A DNA stretch of 63,820 nt, filler included, from a bacterium (GCA_046331705.1; 3 parts of 3 records of this genome joined end to end with filler, not necessarily neighbours in it); one strand, 5' to 3'. Numbered from the whole stretch's first letter, positions 1 through 9,394 are shown. The notes: generated from the letters alone by a model not told the origin. Made by a program: numbers and translations.

Positions 1-763
1 CACGCTGTTCGCGGACTACCTCGCCACCAGCGGCGGCGCCGACCGCGACGAGCTCGCGCGCCGCTCCAAGCGCCACAAGAAGATCGCGCGGCGGCTGACC
101 CCGCTGCTCAAGTACATCGCCGCCGAGAAGGCGGTGGAGCTCTCGCGCCGCGCCGTGCAGATCCACGGTGGCAACGGTTACATCCGCGAGTATCCGGCCG
201 AGAAGCTCTTGCGCGACGCGATGGTCATGCCGATCTACGAGGGCACCAGTCAGATCCAGTCGCTGATGGCGATGAAGGACACGCTCGGCGCGATCCTCAA
301 GAACCCGCAGGCGTTCGTGCGGCGACTGGCGCAGGCGCGCTGGCGCTCGCTCTCGGCGAGCGATCCGCTGCAGAAGCGGCTGGCGCGAATCCAGGTGGCG
401 AGCCTGAGCGCCCAGCAGCACCTGGTGCTCAAGACGGCGGGGGCCAAGTTCCGGCAGCTGCAGGGCAAGCCGATCACCCAGTGGCAGCGCCTGCTGACCA
501 AGGACTGGAACCCGAAGCGCGACTTCGCCCTGGCGATGCTCCACGCCGAGCGTCTCACGCGAATTCTCGTGGACGAAGCGATCGGCGAGCTTCTCTACGA
601 CCAGGCGCAGAAGTTCCCCGAGCGGCGCGAGGTCGCCGAACGGTATCTGGAGCGCGCCGAGGCGCGCTGTCGCTTCCTGCACGACGAGATCACCACCACG
701 GGCGAGCGGCTCTTGGCGCAGCTTCACGGGCACGATGCCGCCGACGTGAAAGCCGCGAGCTGA
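1..763 (+). CDS. Acyl-CoA dehydrogenase, C-terminal part (5' truncated by window edge)
   Basis: Frame is open from position 2 and reads TPLLKYIAAEKAVELSRRAVQIHGGNGYIREYPAEKLLRDAMVMPIYEGTSQIQ, the ACAD C-terminal signature (QxHGGxG...IYEGT). Confidence 0.93.
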   Translation, partial: TLFADYLATSGGADRDELARRSKRHKKIARRLTPLLKYIAAEKAVELSRRAVQIHGGNGYIREYPAEKLLRDAMVMPIYEGTSQIQSLMAMKDTLGAILKNPQAFVRRLAQARWRSLSASDPLQKRLARIQVASLSAQQHLVLKTAGAKFRQLQGKPITQWQRLLTKDWNPKRDFALAMLHAERLTRILVDEAIGELLYDQAQKFPERREVAERYLERAEARCRFLHDEITTTGERLLAQLHGHDAADVKAAS

Positions 764-892
764 GGGTCATCGACCGGCAACGAACCTCGGAGGGCGCTGC
801 TGCGTCGCTGTCGGGTCCCGGTCGATCCGGGCCCGAGCCTTCGGACGCGACGGAGCGCGTTCCTCCAACCGAACCGCCGAGGGAGCTCGCCC

Positions 893-1831
893 ATGTCCAT
901 TCCGCTTCGATACGTGCTCCAGCAGGGCCCGGTGATCGCGTCGCTGGGCCGCACCGCGCTCTCGGCCGCACGCCAGCCGAAAGGCGGTGGCGCGCGCGGC
1001 CCGGTCACGACGCCGGGTGCCGAGATCCGCGCCACGATGCCGCCGCGCTCCCGCGAGCTCACGCGCGACTACGTGCGCCACGTGGGCGGCAACCCGGACG
1101 CGTACGGCGATCGGCTGCCGGCGCATTTCTTTCCGCAGTGGGGATTCGCGCTCGCCGCGCGGACCTTGGAAGGCATCCCGTATCCGCTGATGAAGGTGTT
1201 GAACGGCGGCTGTCGGGTCGAGATCGCCGCACCGTTGCCGGCCAGCGAGCCGCTCGAGGTGAGCGCCCGTCTCGAGGGCGTCGACGACGACGGACGTCGG
1301 GCCGTGCTGCACCAGCGGATCGTCACCGGCACGCGCTCGGTGCCGGCGGCGATCACCGCGCACCTCTACGCCATCGTGCCACTCGGCGGCGGCAAGAAGA
1401 GCGGCGCGGCGAGCGGCGACCCCGACGCCAAGAAGAAGGAAGTCGCGACCGTGCCGAGCGACGCACGCGAGCTGGCGCGCTGGTCGCTAGCGGGTAACGC
1501 GGGCCTCGACTTCGCGAAGCTGACGGGCGACTTCAACCCGGTGCACTGGATTCGCTCGTACGCGCGGGCGTTCGGCTTCAAGAGCACCATCCTCCACGGC
1601 TTCTCCACCATGGCCCGGGCGTGGGAGGGAGTCGTGAGCCAGGTGCTGGGCGGCGATCCGAACGCGGTCGCGAGCTTCGACGCGCGCTTCACCAAGCCGC
1701 TGGTGCTGCCGGCCAAGGTGGGGCTCTACGTGGTCACGAAAGAGGGTGCGCCACGCAGCGGCGAGGTCTTCGTCGGCGACGCCGCCGGCAGCCCCGCGTA
1801 TCTGGTCGGCAGCTTCACTGCGACATCCTGA
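893..1831 (+). CDS. MaoC-family (R)-specific enoyl-CoA hydratase / hydroxyacyl dehydratase (double hotdog, HtdX-like)
   Basis: Hydratase-2 motif FAKLTGDFNPVH...ILHG and RFTKPLVLP; GAGGGAG SD upstream. Confidence 0.88.
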   Translation: MSIPLRYVLQQGPVIASLGRTALSAARQPKGGGARGPVTTPGAEIRATMPPRSRELTRDYVRHVGGNPDAYGDRLPAHFFPQWGFALAARTLEGIPYPLMKVLNGGCRVEIAAPLPASEPLEVSARLEGVDDDGRRAVLHQRIVTGTRSVPAAITAHLYAIVPLGGGKKSGAASGDPDAKKKEVATVPSDARELARWSLAGNAGLDFAKLTGDFNPVHWIRSYARAFGFKSTILHGFSTMARAWEGVVSQVLGGDPNAVASFDARFTKPLVLPAKVGLYVVTKEGAPRSGEVFVGDAAGSPAYLVGSFTATS

Positions 1832-1943
1832 TCCGGCTCGAAGGGCCGGTGGGCCGCGCTGCGCCGCGGCCGCAGACGTACGCGTCCCCGGGACGCACGC
1901 CCCACCACGGCGGCACCGCCACGAAGTGCCGCGAGGAGACGAC

Positions 1944-3395
1944 ATGAGCGACAAGCTGATCGAGATCGGTGCGAATCCGGTGGCCCGCAAGATCATCAAG
2001 AGCCTCGGCTTGCCGCTGCCGTTGCCGCAGAAGCTCACGCGCACCGACGCGCCCTGGGAGGATCGACCGCTCGACGGCCGCTCCATCACGTTCGCCGCCG
2101 CCGGTGGCAGCACCCTCGTCGCGACCGTCGCCGAGGCGATCACCGCGGCTGGCGCGGCGCCGAGTGTCGTCACCGCCGACGATGGGGTCGCCGGCGCCTT
2201 CCGTGCCGCAGGCGAGAAGCACGGGCGACCGCCACGCTTCTTCGTGCCGGGCGCCGTGCCCGAAGCCGTCGAGACCCAAGCGCTCGTCTTCGATGCCACC
2301 GGCGTCGACACGCCTGCTCGCCTTCGCGAGCTCTACGATTTCGGCCACGCCTGGATCGGCAAGCTCGCGCGGTGCGGACGCGTGGTGGTCCTCGGCCGAC
2401 CGCCGGAGCGCGAGAGCGCCGTGGCGCGCGCCTCGGCACAGGCGGCGCTCGAGGGCTTCGTGCGCAGCCTCGGCAAGGAGATCGGCCGCAACGGCTCCAC
2501 CAGCGCGGTGGTGTCGGTCGAGGAGGGAGCCGAGCGCGAGCTGGCGGGCGTGCTCGCCTTTCTGCTCTCGCCGCGCGCCGCATTCGTGAGCGGCCAGCGT
2601 CTGCGGGTCACGACCAGCGCCGCCGGGAAGCACGCCGCGAGCGGTTCGCCCGACTATGCGCGCACCCTCGACGGCAAGGTCGTGCTGGTGACCGGTGCCG
2701 CCCGCGGCATCGGCGCCGCCACCGCGCGGCTGCTCTCGGCGGAGAGCGCCAAGGTGATCTGCCTCGATCGCCCCGCGGACTCCGAGCCGCTCAACGAGGT
2801 GGTGCGCGGCATCAACGGCGTGGCGCTCACCGTGGACATCACCGACGCCACCGCGCCGGCCACCATCGCCGAGTTCCTGCGCAAGGAATTCGGCGGCGTG
2901 GACGTGATCATCCACAACGCCGGCGTCACCCGCGACAAGACGCTGGCGCGCATGACGCCCGAGCTGTGGGACTCGGCCGTCGACATCAACCTAGGTGCCG
3001 TGGTGCGGATCACCGACGCGCTGCTGCCCGACCTCGTCCGCGACGGGGGACGCATCGTGTGCTTGTCGTCCGTGGCGGGGATCGCCGGCAACGTCGGCCA
3101 GACCAATTACAGCGCCTCCAAGGCCGGCATCATCGGATTCGTCACCGCGCTCGCGCCCAAGCTCGCGGCCCGTGGCATCACCGTGAACGCCATCGCGCCG
3201 GGTTTCATCGAGACGCGGCTCACCGCCGCCATCCCGTTCGCGATCCGCGAAGGCGGCCGCCGCCTCGCGAGCCTCGGGCAAGGCGGCCTCCCCGAGGACG
3301 TCGGCCAAGCGCTCACGTTCCTGGCGATGCCGATCTCGCAAGGGCTCACCGGCAGCGTGCTACGCGTGTGCGGCGGCGCCTTCATCGGCGCGTGA
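1944..3395 (+). CDS. High-molecular-weight 3-oxoacyl-ACP/CoA reductase (FabG4-like)
   Basis: GAGGAG SD before ATG 1944; degenerate N-terminal domain plus C-terminal SDR with TGAARGIG, HNAGVTRD, YSASK. Confidence 0.9.
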   Translation: MSDKLIEIGANPVARKIIKSLGLPLPLPQKLTRTDAPWEDRPLDGRSITFAAAGGSTLVATVAEAITAAGAAPSVVTADDGVAGAFRAAGEKHGRPPRFFVPGAVPEAVETQALVFDATGVDTPARLRELYDFGHAWIGKLARCGRVVVLGRPPERESAVARASAQAALEGFVRSLGKEIGRNGSTSAVVSVEEGAERELAGVLAFLLSPRAAFVSGQRLRVTTSAAGKHAASGSPDYARTLDGKVVLVTGAARGIGAATARLLSAESAKVICLDRPADSEPLNEVVRGINGVALTVDITDATAPATIAEFLRKEFGGVDVIIHNAGVTRDKTLARMTPELWDSAVDINLGAVVRITDALLPDLVRDGGRIVCLSSVAGIAGNVGQTNYSASKAGIIGFVTALAPKLAARGITVNAIAPGFIETRLTAAIPFAIREGGRRLASLGQGGLPEDVGQALTFLAMPISQGLTGSVLRVCGGAFIGA

Positions 3396-3586
3396 GTCGA
3401 CGCGCAGCTCCTACGGCGGTCGCGTCGCGTGTGCAACTTCCGTTTCTGACTGATCCCAATCGTGTCGATCGGGGAGGCCCGAGCGCGTGCGAGGCGCTCC
3501 GCTCGCGACCGGGCCGGTCAGCGAAATCAAGCGAATTCGCGCTGATTTTGCCTTAGCTTGCGTGCGCGTACCGTGCCCACGCGCGG

Positions 3587-3602
3587 CGGCACTGCGCTTG
3601 CT
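3587..3602 (+). promoter_or_regulatory. Candidate sigma54 (-24/-12) promoter of the CSLREA array
   Basis: CGGCACTGCGCTTGCT: GG(3588-89)-N10-GC(3600-01), close to the TGGCAC-N5-TTGCW consensus; AT-richer imperfect palindrome AAATCA...TGATTT at about 3524-3548. Confidence 0.55.
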
Positions 3603-3615
3603 CGCGCCCTCGGGC

Positions 3616-5538
3616 ATGAGGCCGTTCGTGCGACCGTTGGCCATCTTCGCTGCTGCGGTGGTGTCGCTCGCCTTCGCGATTGGTGCGCACGCCGCGGTCA
3701 TTCCCGTCATCGGGCCGGCCGACGATCTCGATCAGGGGCCGAACGGCAACTGCACGCTGCGCGAGGCGGTGATCGCCGCCAACACCGACGCGCCGGTGGA
3801 TGGCTGCCCGGCGGGCAACGGGGCGGACACGATCCAGCTCAAGGCCAAGCACTACACGCTCACCATCCCCGAGGGCGCGATGGACACCCCCGAGACCGGC
3901 GATCTCGACGTCGCCAGCGACATCACCATCGTGGGGCAGGGGGCCGGCTGGGATACGACGACCATGGATGGTTGGGCACTCGAATTCGGAACGCAGCCGA
4001 TTCTCGACGTTCACGCCGGCGGCAGGCTGACCATCAGCGACGTGACGACCATCGGCGGCATCCGCAACGCCGGCGGGATGCTCGCGATCAGCGATTGCTG
4101 GATCCTCGCAAGCGAAATCGGTGTGGATCTCTACACCGGTGACGCGGTGATCACCAATGTGACGGTCGAGCTCGCCGGGATCGGCATTTGGGTGCACGAC
4201 GGCTCACTCCAGCTCGTGGGGGGATTCGTCTCGGGCAATTTCGAGGGCGCGCGCCTCGATCTCGGTGAGCTGGACGTGGAGGGCACGTCGTTCTTCATGA
4301 ACGGTTCCTTTTACGGCGTCGAGGCCGGCGCCGGGCTACTGGTGACCGGCGGTGTGGCCGTGATCGCGGACGCGGATTTCGAACAAAATTACACTTCGAC
4401 TGGCGGCGCGGTCGCCAATCGCGGTGGCACGGTCGACATCCACACGTCGCTGTTCGAAGGCAACTATGCGTTCAACGGTGGCGCGATCTGGAACGCCTCG
4501 GGGACGATGTTCGTCGACTCGAGCCGCTTCGCCGGCAACTCGGCCAACCTCTGCCTCGGCGGGTGTTACTCCGGCGCAGGAGGGGCCATTCTCAACGGAG
4601 GGACGCTCGCGGTCACCCGCTCGACGTTCGAGCACCACACCGCTTACTGGGGTGGCGGTATCTACAACGAAGGCGAGGCGACGATCGAATCGACGCTTAT
4701 TCGACAGAATGGCGACTGGTGGGGAGACGAGGCCAGCGCGGGCGGGGGTGTGTATTCGACTGGCGCGGTGACGATCCGCAACTCGACCTTCACCGGCAAC
4801 TGCACCAATGGCGCGGCCGGTAGCGCGTTGCGTCTTGCCGGCGGCGCGGGGCTGCTCGACCACGTAACCGTGACCGACGCCGAGCCGCCGCCTTGGTACC
4901 CAGAGCTCTGCCGCCGCACGGATCCAGTGATTGCGGTGAGCGAAGCGACGCTCACCGCGGTGGCTTCGATCGTGGATGGCTCGTGCGAGCTGAACCTGAG
5001 TCGGGTGATCGTGAGCGCTGGCGACAACCTGGAGCGGGGGGACACTTGCGGCTTCGCCGCGCCCAACGATCTCGTGAACGTGGATCCGGGCCTCGCGCCG
5101 CTCGCCGACAACGGCGGCCCCACGCAATCGCACGCGCTGCTCCCCGGCAGCCCGGCGATCGACTCCGCCACGGCCACCGCCTGCCCCGCGACCGATCAGC
5201 GCGGCGTCGCACGCCCGCTCAACGGCGACGGCGACCGCATGGCGCGTTGCGATCGTGGCGCCGTCGAGGTGTCACCGTGCAGCGGACCCGATGGCGACGG
5301 CGATGGGTTACCCGATGCGTGTGACAACTGTCCGGCGCTCGCGAATCCCGACCAGTCCGACACCGATGGCGACGGACTCGGCAACGGTTGCGATCCCAAC
5401 GACTGCGGCACCGTGGCGCTCGCTCCCGGCGGCGCACCGCCCCTCGCGGCGCTGTTGCCGCTCTCGGCCGGTTGGGTGGCCGTGGGCAGCGCGCGACGGC
5501 GCCGCAGCCAGCGGCGAATCGCCGCCGTCAGGCCGTAG
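3616..5538 (+). CDS. CSLREA-domain beta-helix surface protein 1 (choice-of-anchor-Q-like domain, TSP3-like repeats, C-terminal Cys-TM-Arg tail)
   Basis: Signal peptide ending AHA; NCTLREAVIAAN; repeated FxxN/GGAI motifs; LADNGGPTQSHALLPGSPAID...DQRG...CDRGAVE; DGDGDGLPDACDNCP. Confidence 0.9.
   Translation: MRPFVRPLAIFAAAVVSLAFAIGAHAAVIPVIGPADDLDQGPNGNCTLREAVIAANTDAPVDGCPAGNGADTIQLKAKHYTLTIPEGAMDTPETGDLDVASDITIVGQGAGWDTTTMDGWALEFGTQPILDVHAGGRLTISDVTTIGGIRNAGGMLAISDCWILASEIGVDLYTGDAVITNVTVELAGIGIWVHDGSLQLVGGFVSGNFEGARLDLGELDVEGTSFFMNGSFYGVEAGAGLLVTGGVAVIADADFEQNYTSTGGAVANRGGTVDIHTSLFEGNYAFNGGAIWNASGTMFVDSSRFAGNSANLCLGGCYSGAGGAILNGGTLAVTRSTFEHHTAYWGGGIYNEGEATIESTLIRQNGDWWGDEASAGGGVYSTGAVTIRNSTFTGNCTNGAAGSALRLAGGAGLLDHVTVTDAEPPPWYPELCRRTDPVIAVSEATLTAVASIVDGSCELNLSRVIVSAGDNLERGDTCGFAAPNDLVNVDPGLAPLADNGGPTQSHALLPGSPAIDSATATACPATDQRGVARPLNGDGDRMARCDRGAVEVSPCSGPDGDGDGLPDACDNCPALANPDQSDTDGDGLGNGCDPNDCGTVALAPGGAPPLAALLPLSAGWVAVGSARRRRSQRRIAAVRP
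3711..3802 (+). repeat. Near-identical 92-bp tract, copy A (copy B 5651-5742)
   Basis: 3724-3802 is identical to 5664-5742; one mismatch over 92 nt, by direct comparison. Confidence 0.9.
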
Positions 5539-5555
5539 GAAAGCAGGGGGGCTTC

Positions 5556-7487
5556 GTGCGGCTCAGGACTCTTCGGCCTGCGTCACTCGCGCTGGGCGTT
5601 TGCTTTGCCTCGTTCGTCGCGCCTTCGCACGCCGCGGTCATTTTCGTCGTCGGGCCGGCCGAGGATCTCGATCAGGGGCCGAACGGCAACTGCACGCTGC
5701 GCGAGGCGGTGATCGCCGCCAACACCGACGCGCCGGTGGATGCCTGCCCCGCCGGAAACGGCGCCGACACGATCCAGCTCAAGGCGAAGACCTACACCAT
5801 CTCGATTCGCGAGACCGCTCCCGACACGGCGCAAGGTGGCGATCTCGACATCGAGAGCGACATCACGATCATCGGCCAGGGCGTCGCGGAGACGACGATC
5901 CTCGAGAGCAGTTGGAGCTCCGCGTTCCACGTCCACGCCAGTGGGCGGCTCACGCTCGACGGCGTTCGCGTGACCGAGGTTGGATCCATCTACGGTCAGT
6001 CGGGGATGCGGAACGAAGGTGGTGACGTGCGGATCACCGACTCCGCCATCGATGGGTACGACGTCGGCTTGGATCAGATCTCGGGGCGCACCGAGCTCGT
6101 CACCACCACGGTCACGAACAACACCATGCTCGGCTTGCACGCCGGCGGCGGCACCGTGTCGATAGACGGCGGCGAGCTTGCCGACAACGGCCAGGGCGCG
6201 CTCCTCGAAACCGGCACGCTCGAAGCGCAGGGGGCGAGCATCACGGGTAATTGCTGCTACCCGACTTCCTACGGCGGCGGCTTGCGCGTGAACGGAGGCG
6301 TGGCTGTTCTCTCGGACGTCACCATCGCGGACAACCAGACGGAGACGAATGGTGGCGGGGTGCTCAACGTCGGCGGCGCGGTGACCCTGCGGAGCTCGAC
6401 GCTCGACGGCAATCGCGCCGCGAGCGGCGGCGGAGTGTGGAACGGCGACGGCGCGACGCTGGCGCTCGATCGCGTCCGAGTCACGAACAATGCCACGGTT
6501 TGCGAGTACTGCCCCCAGTTCCCGGGTGGGCCCGGCGGGGGATTGTTCAATGCCGGCGTGCTCGAGGTCGACGCTTCGACGATCGAAGGCAACGTCGGCG
6601 GAGACGGCGGCGGGCTCTACACGTCGGGGCAAGCGAGCGTCGTCCGCTCGGTCTTTCACGGCAATACGGCGGCGCTCGGCAACGGCGGCGCGATCTGGTC
6701 CTCCGGAGCGACGAATCTCGCCAACCTGACGCTCGCGGGGAACGTCGTGGCTGGCGTGGGCGCGGCGGTGCGTGTGCGGGGCGGCGTGACCACGCTCGCC
6801 AACGCGACCGCGGCGCGTGACCAGCCGCCCAGCGCGAACTGGGTGGACGATCCGATGTTCGCGGTGCGCGAGGCGACGCTCACGGTGGCGACCACCGTGG
6901 TCGACGGCACCTGCTTCCTCGAAACCCACGGCACGATCGAGAGCCTCGGCGACAACCTCGAGCGCGGCGACACCTGTCGCTTCGCGACGCCGAGCGATTT
7001 CGTGAACCTCGATCCCCGGCTCGCGCCGCTCGCGGACAACGGTGGCTTCACCCTGACATACGCCCTTCTCGCGGAAAGCCCGGCACTCGACTCGGCCACT
7101 GCGACGCCGTGCCCCGCGGTCGACCAGCGTGGAGTCGTGCGTCCTCTCGACGGCGATGCCGACGGCAGCGCCATCTGCGACCGCGGCGCCGTCGAGATGG
7201 CGCCGTGCGGCGGTCCCGACATGGACCGCGACGGCGTGCCCGACGCGTGCGACAACTGCCCCGAGCTCGCCAACGCCGATCAGGCGGATACCGACGGCGA
7301 CGGGCTCGGCAACGCGTGCGATCCCAATAGCTGCGGATCGGTGGTCCGACTGAGCGGGGATCCGCGTCGTCTCGGCGCCGCCGGCTCGTCTTGCGTCGGT
7401 TGGCTCGCGATCCAGCAGGTACGACGACGGAGTGGGACGCGACGACGTCGCGCACCCATCCCGCAGCCCGGGAGGATGCTGCGGTGA
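5556..7487 (+). CDS. CSLREA-domain beta-helix surface protein 2
   Basis: GTG 5556 after AGGGGG; signal peptide ending SHA; same architecture as paralog 1. Confidence 0.9.
   Translation: MRLRTLRPASLALGVCFASFVAPSHAAVIFVVGPAEDLDQGPNGNCTLREAVIAANTDAPVDACPAGNGADTIQLKAKTYTISIRETAPDTAQGGDLDIESDITIIGQGVAETTILESSWSSAFHVHASGRLTLDGVRVTEVGSIYGQSGMRNEGGDVRITDSAIDGYDVGLDQISGRTELVTTTVTNNTMLGLHAGGGTVSIDGGELADNGQGALLETGTLEAQGASITGNCCYPTSYGGGLRVNGGVAVLSDVTIADNQTETNGGGVLNVGGAVTLRSSTLDGNRAASGGGVWNGDGATLALDRVRVTNNATVCEYCPQFPGGPGGGLFNAGVLEVDASTIEGNVGGDGGGLYTSGQASVVRSVFHGNTAALGNGGAIWSSGATNLANLTLAGNVVAGVGAAVRVRGGVTTLANATAARDQPPSANWVDDPMFAVREATLTVATTVVDGTCFLETHGTIESLGDNLERGDTCRFATPSDFVNLDPRLAPLADNGGFTLTYALLAESPALDSATATPCPAVDQRGVVRPLDGDADGSAICDRGAVEMAPCGGPDMDRDGVPDACDNCPELANADQADTDGDGLGNACDPNSCGSVVRLSGDPRRLGAAGSSCVGWLAIQQVRRRSGTRRRRAPIPQPGRMLR
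5651..5742 (+). repeat. Near-identical 92-bp tract, copy B
   Basis: Matches 3711-3802 with one mismatch. Confidence 0.9.
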
Positions 7488-9394
7488 CGCAGGCCGTGCG
7501 ATTCGTGATGGCGCTCGTGTGCGCGGCGGCCACGTTGCTCGCTCCCTGCGCGGGATTCGCGATCGAGATCGATGTGCACGCCTCGGCCGATGACCTCGAC
7601 CAGGGACCGAACGGCAACTGCACGCTGCGCGAGGCGGTGATCGCGGCCAACACGGACACGGCGGTCGACGCGTGCGCCGCGGGCCATGGCGCCGACACGA
7701 TCCGTTTGGAGGCGGCGCGTTACACGCTCACCATTGCGGCCGGGACGACCGATGTGGCCGAGGCGGGAGATTTGGACATCGAGAGCGACGTGACAGTCCT
7801 CGGCCTCGGCGCGGACGTGACGACGATCGATGCCGACCAGCAGGAGTTGGCCGTTCAGGTCCACGCGAACGCCAAAGTCAGCATCGTTGGCGTCGCATTC
7901 GAGGGGGGCTTCGCCTGGCCGGCGTTGGGAACCGCGGTCCGCAACGGCGGTGGTGAGCTCGCCCTCAGTCAGTGCGTGGTCTCGGGCGGCATGGCCGGGC
8001 TCGATCTCGATGCCGGCAGCACGTTCGTCCTGGATTCCACCGTCGAGGGCAACTACATCGGCGTCCGGGCGCACGACGGGGCGACGTTCCTCGAAGGTGG
8101 GGTGGTCACGGGGAACGGCGTCGGGGTGATGCTCGACGCCGGCGAGCTGGAGGTGAATGGAACGACGATCCGCGACAACGGCTCGATCGTGAGCGACCTC
8201 TACGGTGCTGGTGTCGTCGTGAACGGTGGCACGGCGAACGTCTCGAACGCGACGTTCACGGGGAACCTGACCTGGGCAGGGGCCGGTATCACGAATGCGG
8301 GCGGCAACGTCTTGGCCTACGATTCCAGCTTCGACGGCAACTGGACCGCGGGGGGCGCGGCCATTTACAACGCGCTCGGAACGGTCGTGGTCGATGGATC
8401 GCGTTTCGCGAACAACTACACGGGTGTGTGCTGGCACGACCCGTGCCCGCTGGGGCCAGGCGGTGCGATCTACAACGAGGATGCGCTGACGGTCGATCGG
8501 TCGACGTTCGAGGCGAACCAGGCCGATCCGGGAGGCGCGATCTACAACACGGGCCAGGCGACGGTCACGGCCTCGCTCTTTCGAGGCAACGGTGCCGTCA
8601 GCCGGGGCGGCGCCATCTGGTCGTCCGGGACAACCGTCGTCACGAACTCGACGTTCAGTGGCAACTTCGCGTTCGATCCTGGAACGGCACTGCGATTTCG
8701 CGGTGGCGCCGGCTCGCTCACGAACGTCACCCTCGTGCGGGATCGTGCATCACCCGAGTACGGCAACCCGCCCGTCGATCCCGTGCTGTCGGTGCGCGAA
8801 GCCACCGTGAACGTGGTCGCGAGCGTCATCGAGGGCTCGTGCGAGCTGGATGTGAGCGGGGTGATCGCGAGCGGCGGCGACAACCTGGAGCGCGGTGACA
8901 CCTGCGGCTTCTCCGCGCCGAGCGATCTCGTGAACGTGGATCCGGGCCTCGACGTGCTCGCCGACAATGGCGGCCCCACGCAATCGCACGCGTTGCTCCC
9001 CGGAAGCGCGGCGATCGACTCGGCGACGGCTACGGTGTGCGCCGCGGTCGATCAGCGTGGTGTCGTGCGTCCACTCGACGGCGACGGCGACGGCAGCGCG
9101 GTCTGCGATCGAGGAGCCGTCGAGATGGCGCCGTGCGGCGGGCGTGACTCGGACGGAGACGGCCTTCCCGACGCGTGCGACAACTGTCCCGAGAGGGCGA
9201 ATTCCGACCAGCTCGACAGCGACGGTGACGGCCTCGGCAACGCATGCGTGTCGCATGGTTGCGGCTCGGTCGCGCACGCGTATGGAGACCTGCGCGGCGC
9301 CGTGGCTGCACTCGCTCCCTTCGTGGCGATCGGGCTCGCGGTGCGACTCGCGCGCGTCCTCCGTCGAAGTCCGCGGTCTTTCTCACGACCATGA
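7484..9394 (+). CDS. CSLREA-domain beta-helix surface protein 3
   Basis: GTGA overlap with the paralog 2 stop; GGAGG SD at 7471-7475; same architecture. Confidence 0.9.
   Translation: MTQAVRFVMALVCAAATLLAPCAGFAIEIDVHASADDLDQGPNGNCTLREAVIAANTDTAVDACAAGHGADTIRLEAARYTLTIAAGTTDVAEAGDLDIESDVTVLGLGADVTTIDADQQELAVQVHANAKVSIVGVAFEGGFAWPALGTAVRNGGGELALSQCVVSGGMAGLDLDAGSTFVLDSTVEGNYIGVRAHDGATFLEGGVVTGNGVGVMLDAGELEVNGTTIRDNGSIVSDLYGAGVVVNGGTANVSNATFTGNLTWAGAGITNAGGNVLAYDSSFDGNWTAGGAAIYNALGTVVVDGSRFANNYTGVCWHDPCPLGPGGAIYNEDALTVDRSTFEANQADPGGAIYNTGQATVTASLFRGNGAVSRGGAIWSSGTTVVTNSTFSGNFAFDPGTALRFRGGAGSLTNVTLVRDRASPEYGNPPVDPVLSVREATVNVVASVIEGSCELDVSGVIASGGDNLERGDTCGFSAPSDLVNVDPGLDVLADNGGPTQSHALLPGSAAIDSATATVCAAVDQRGVVRPLDGDGDGSAVCDRGAVEMAPCGGRDSDGDGLPDACDNCPERANSDQLDSDGDGLGNACVSHGCGSVAHAYGDLRGAVAALAPFVAIGLAVRLARVLRRSPRSFSRP

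Noticed and set aside
3616-9394. Diversity-generating retroelement or CRISPR explanation for the repeats
   Set aside because: No reverse transcriptase or cas genes, no adenine-specific TR/VR mismatches and no regular repeat-spacer period; the repeats are coding paralog tracts.
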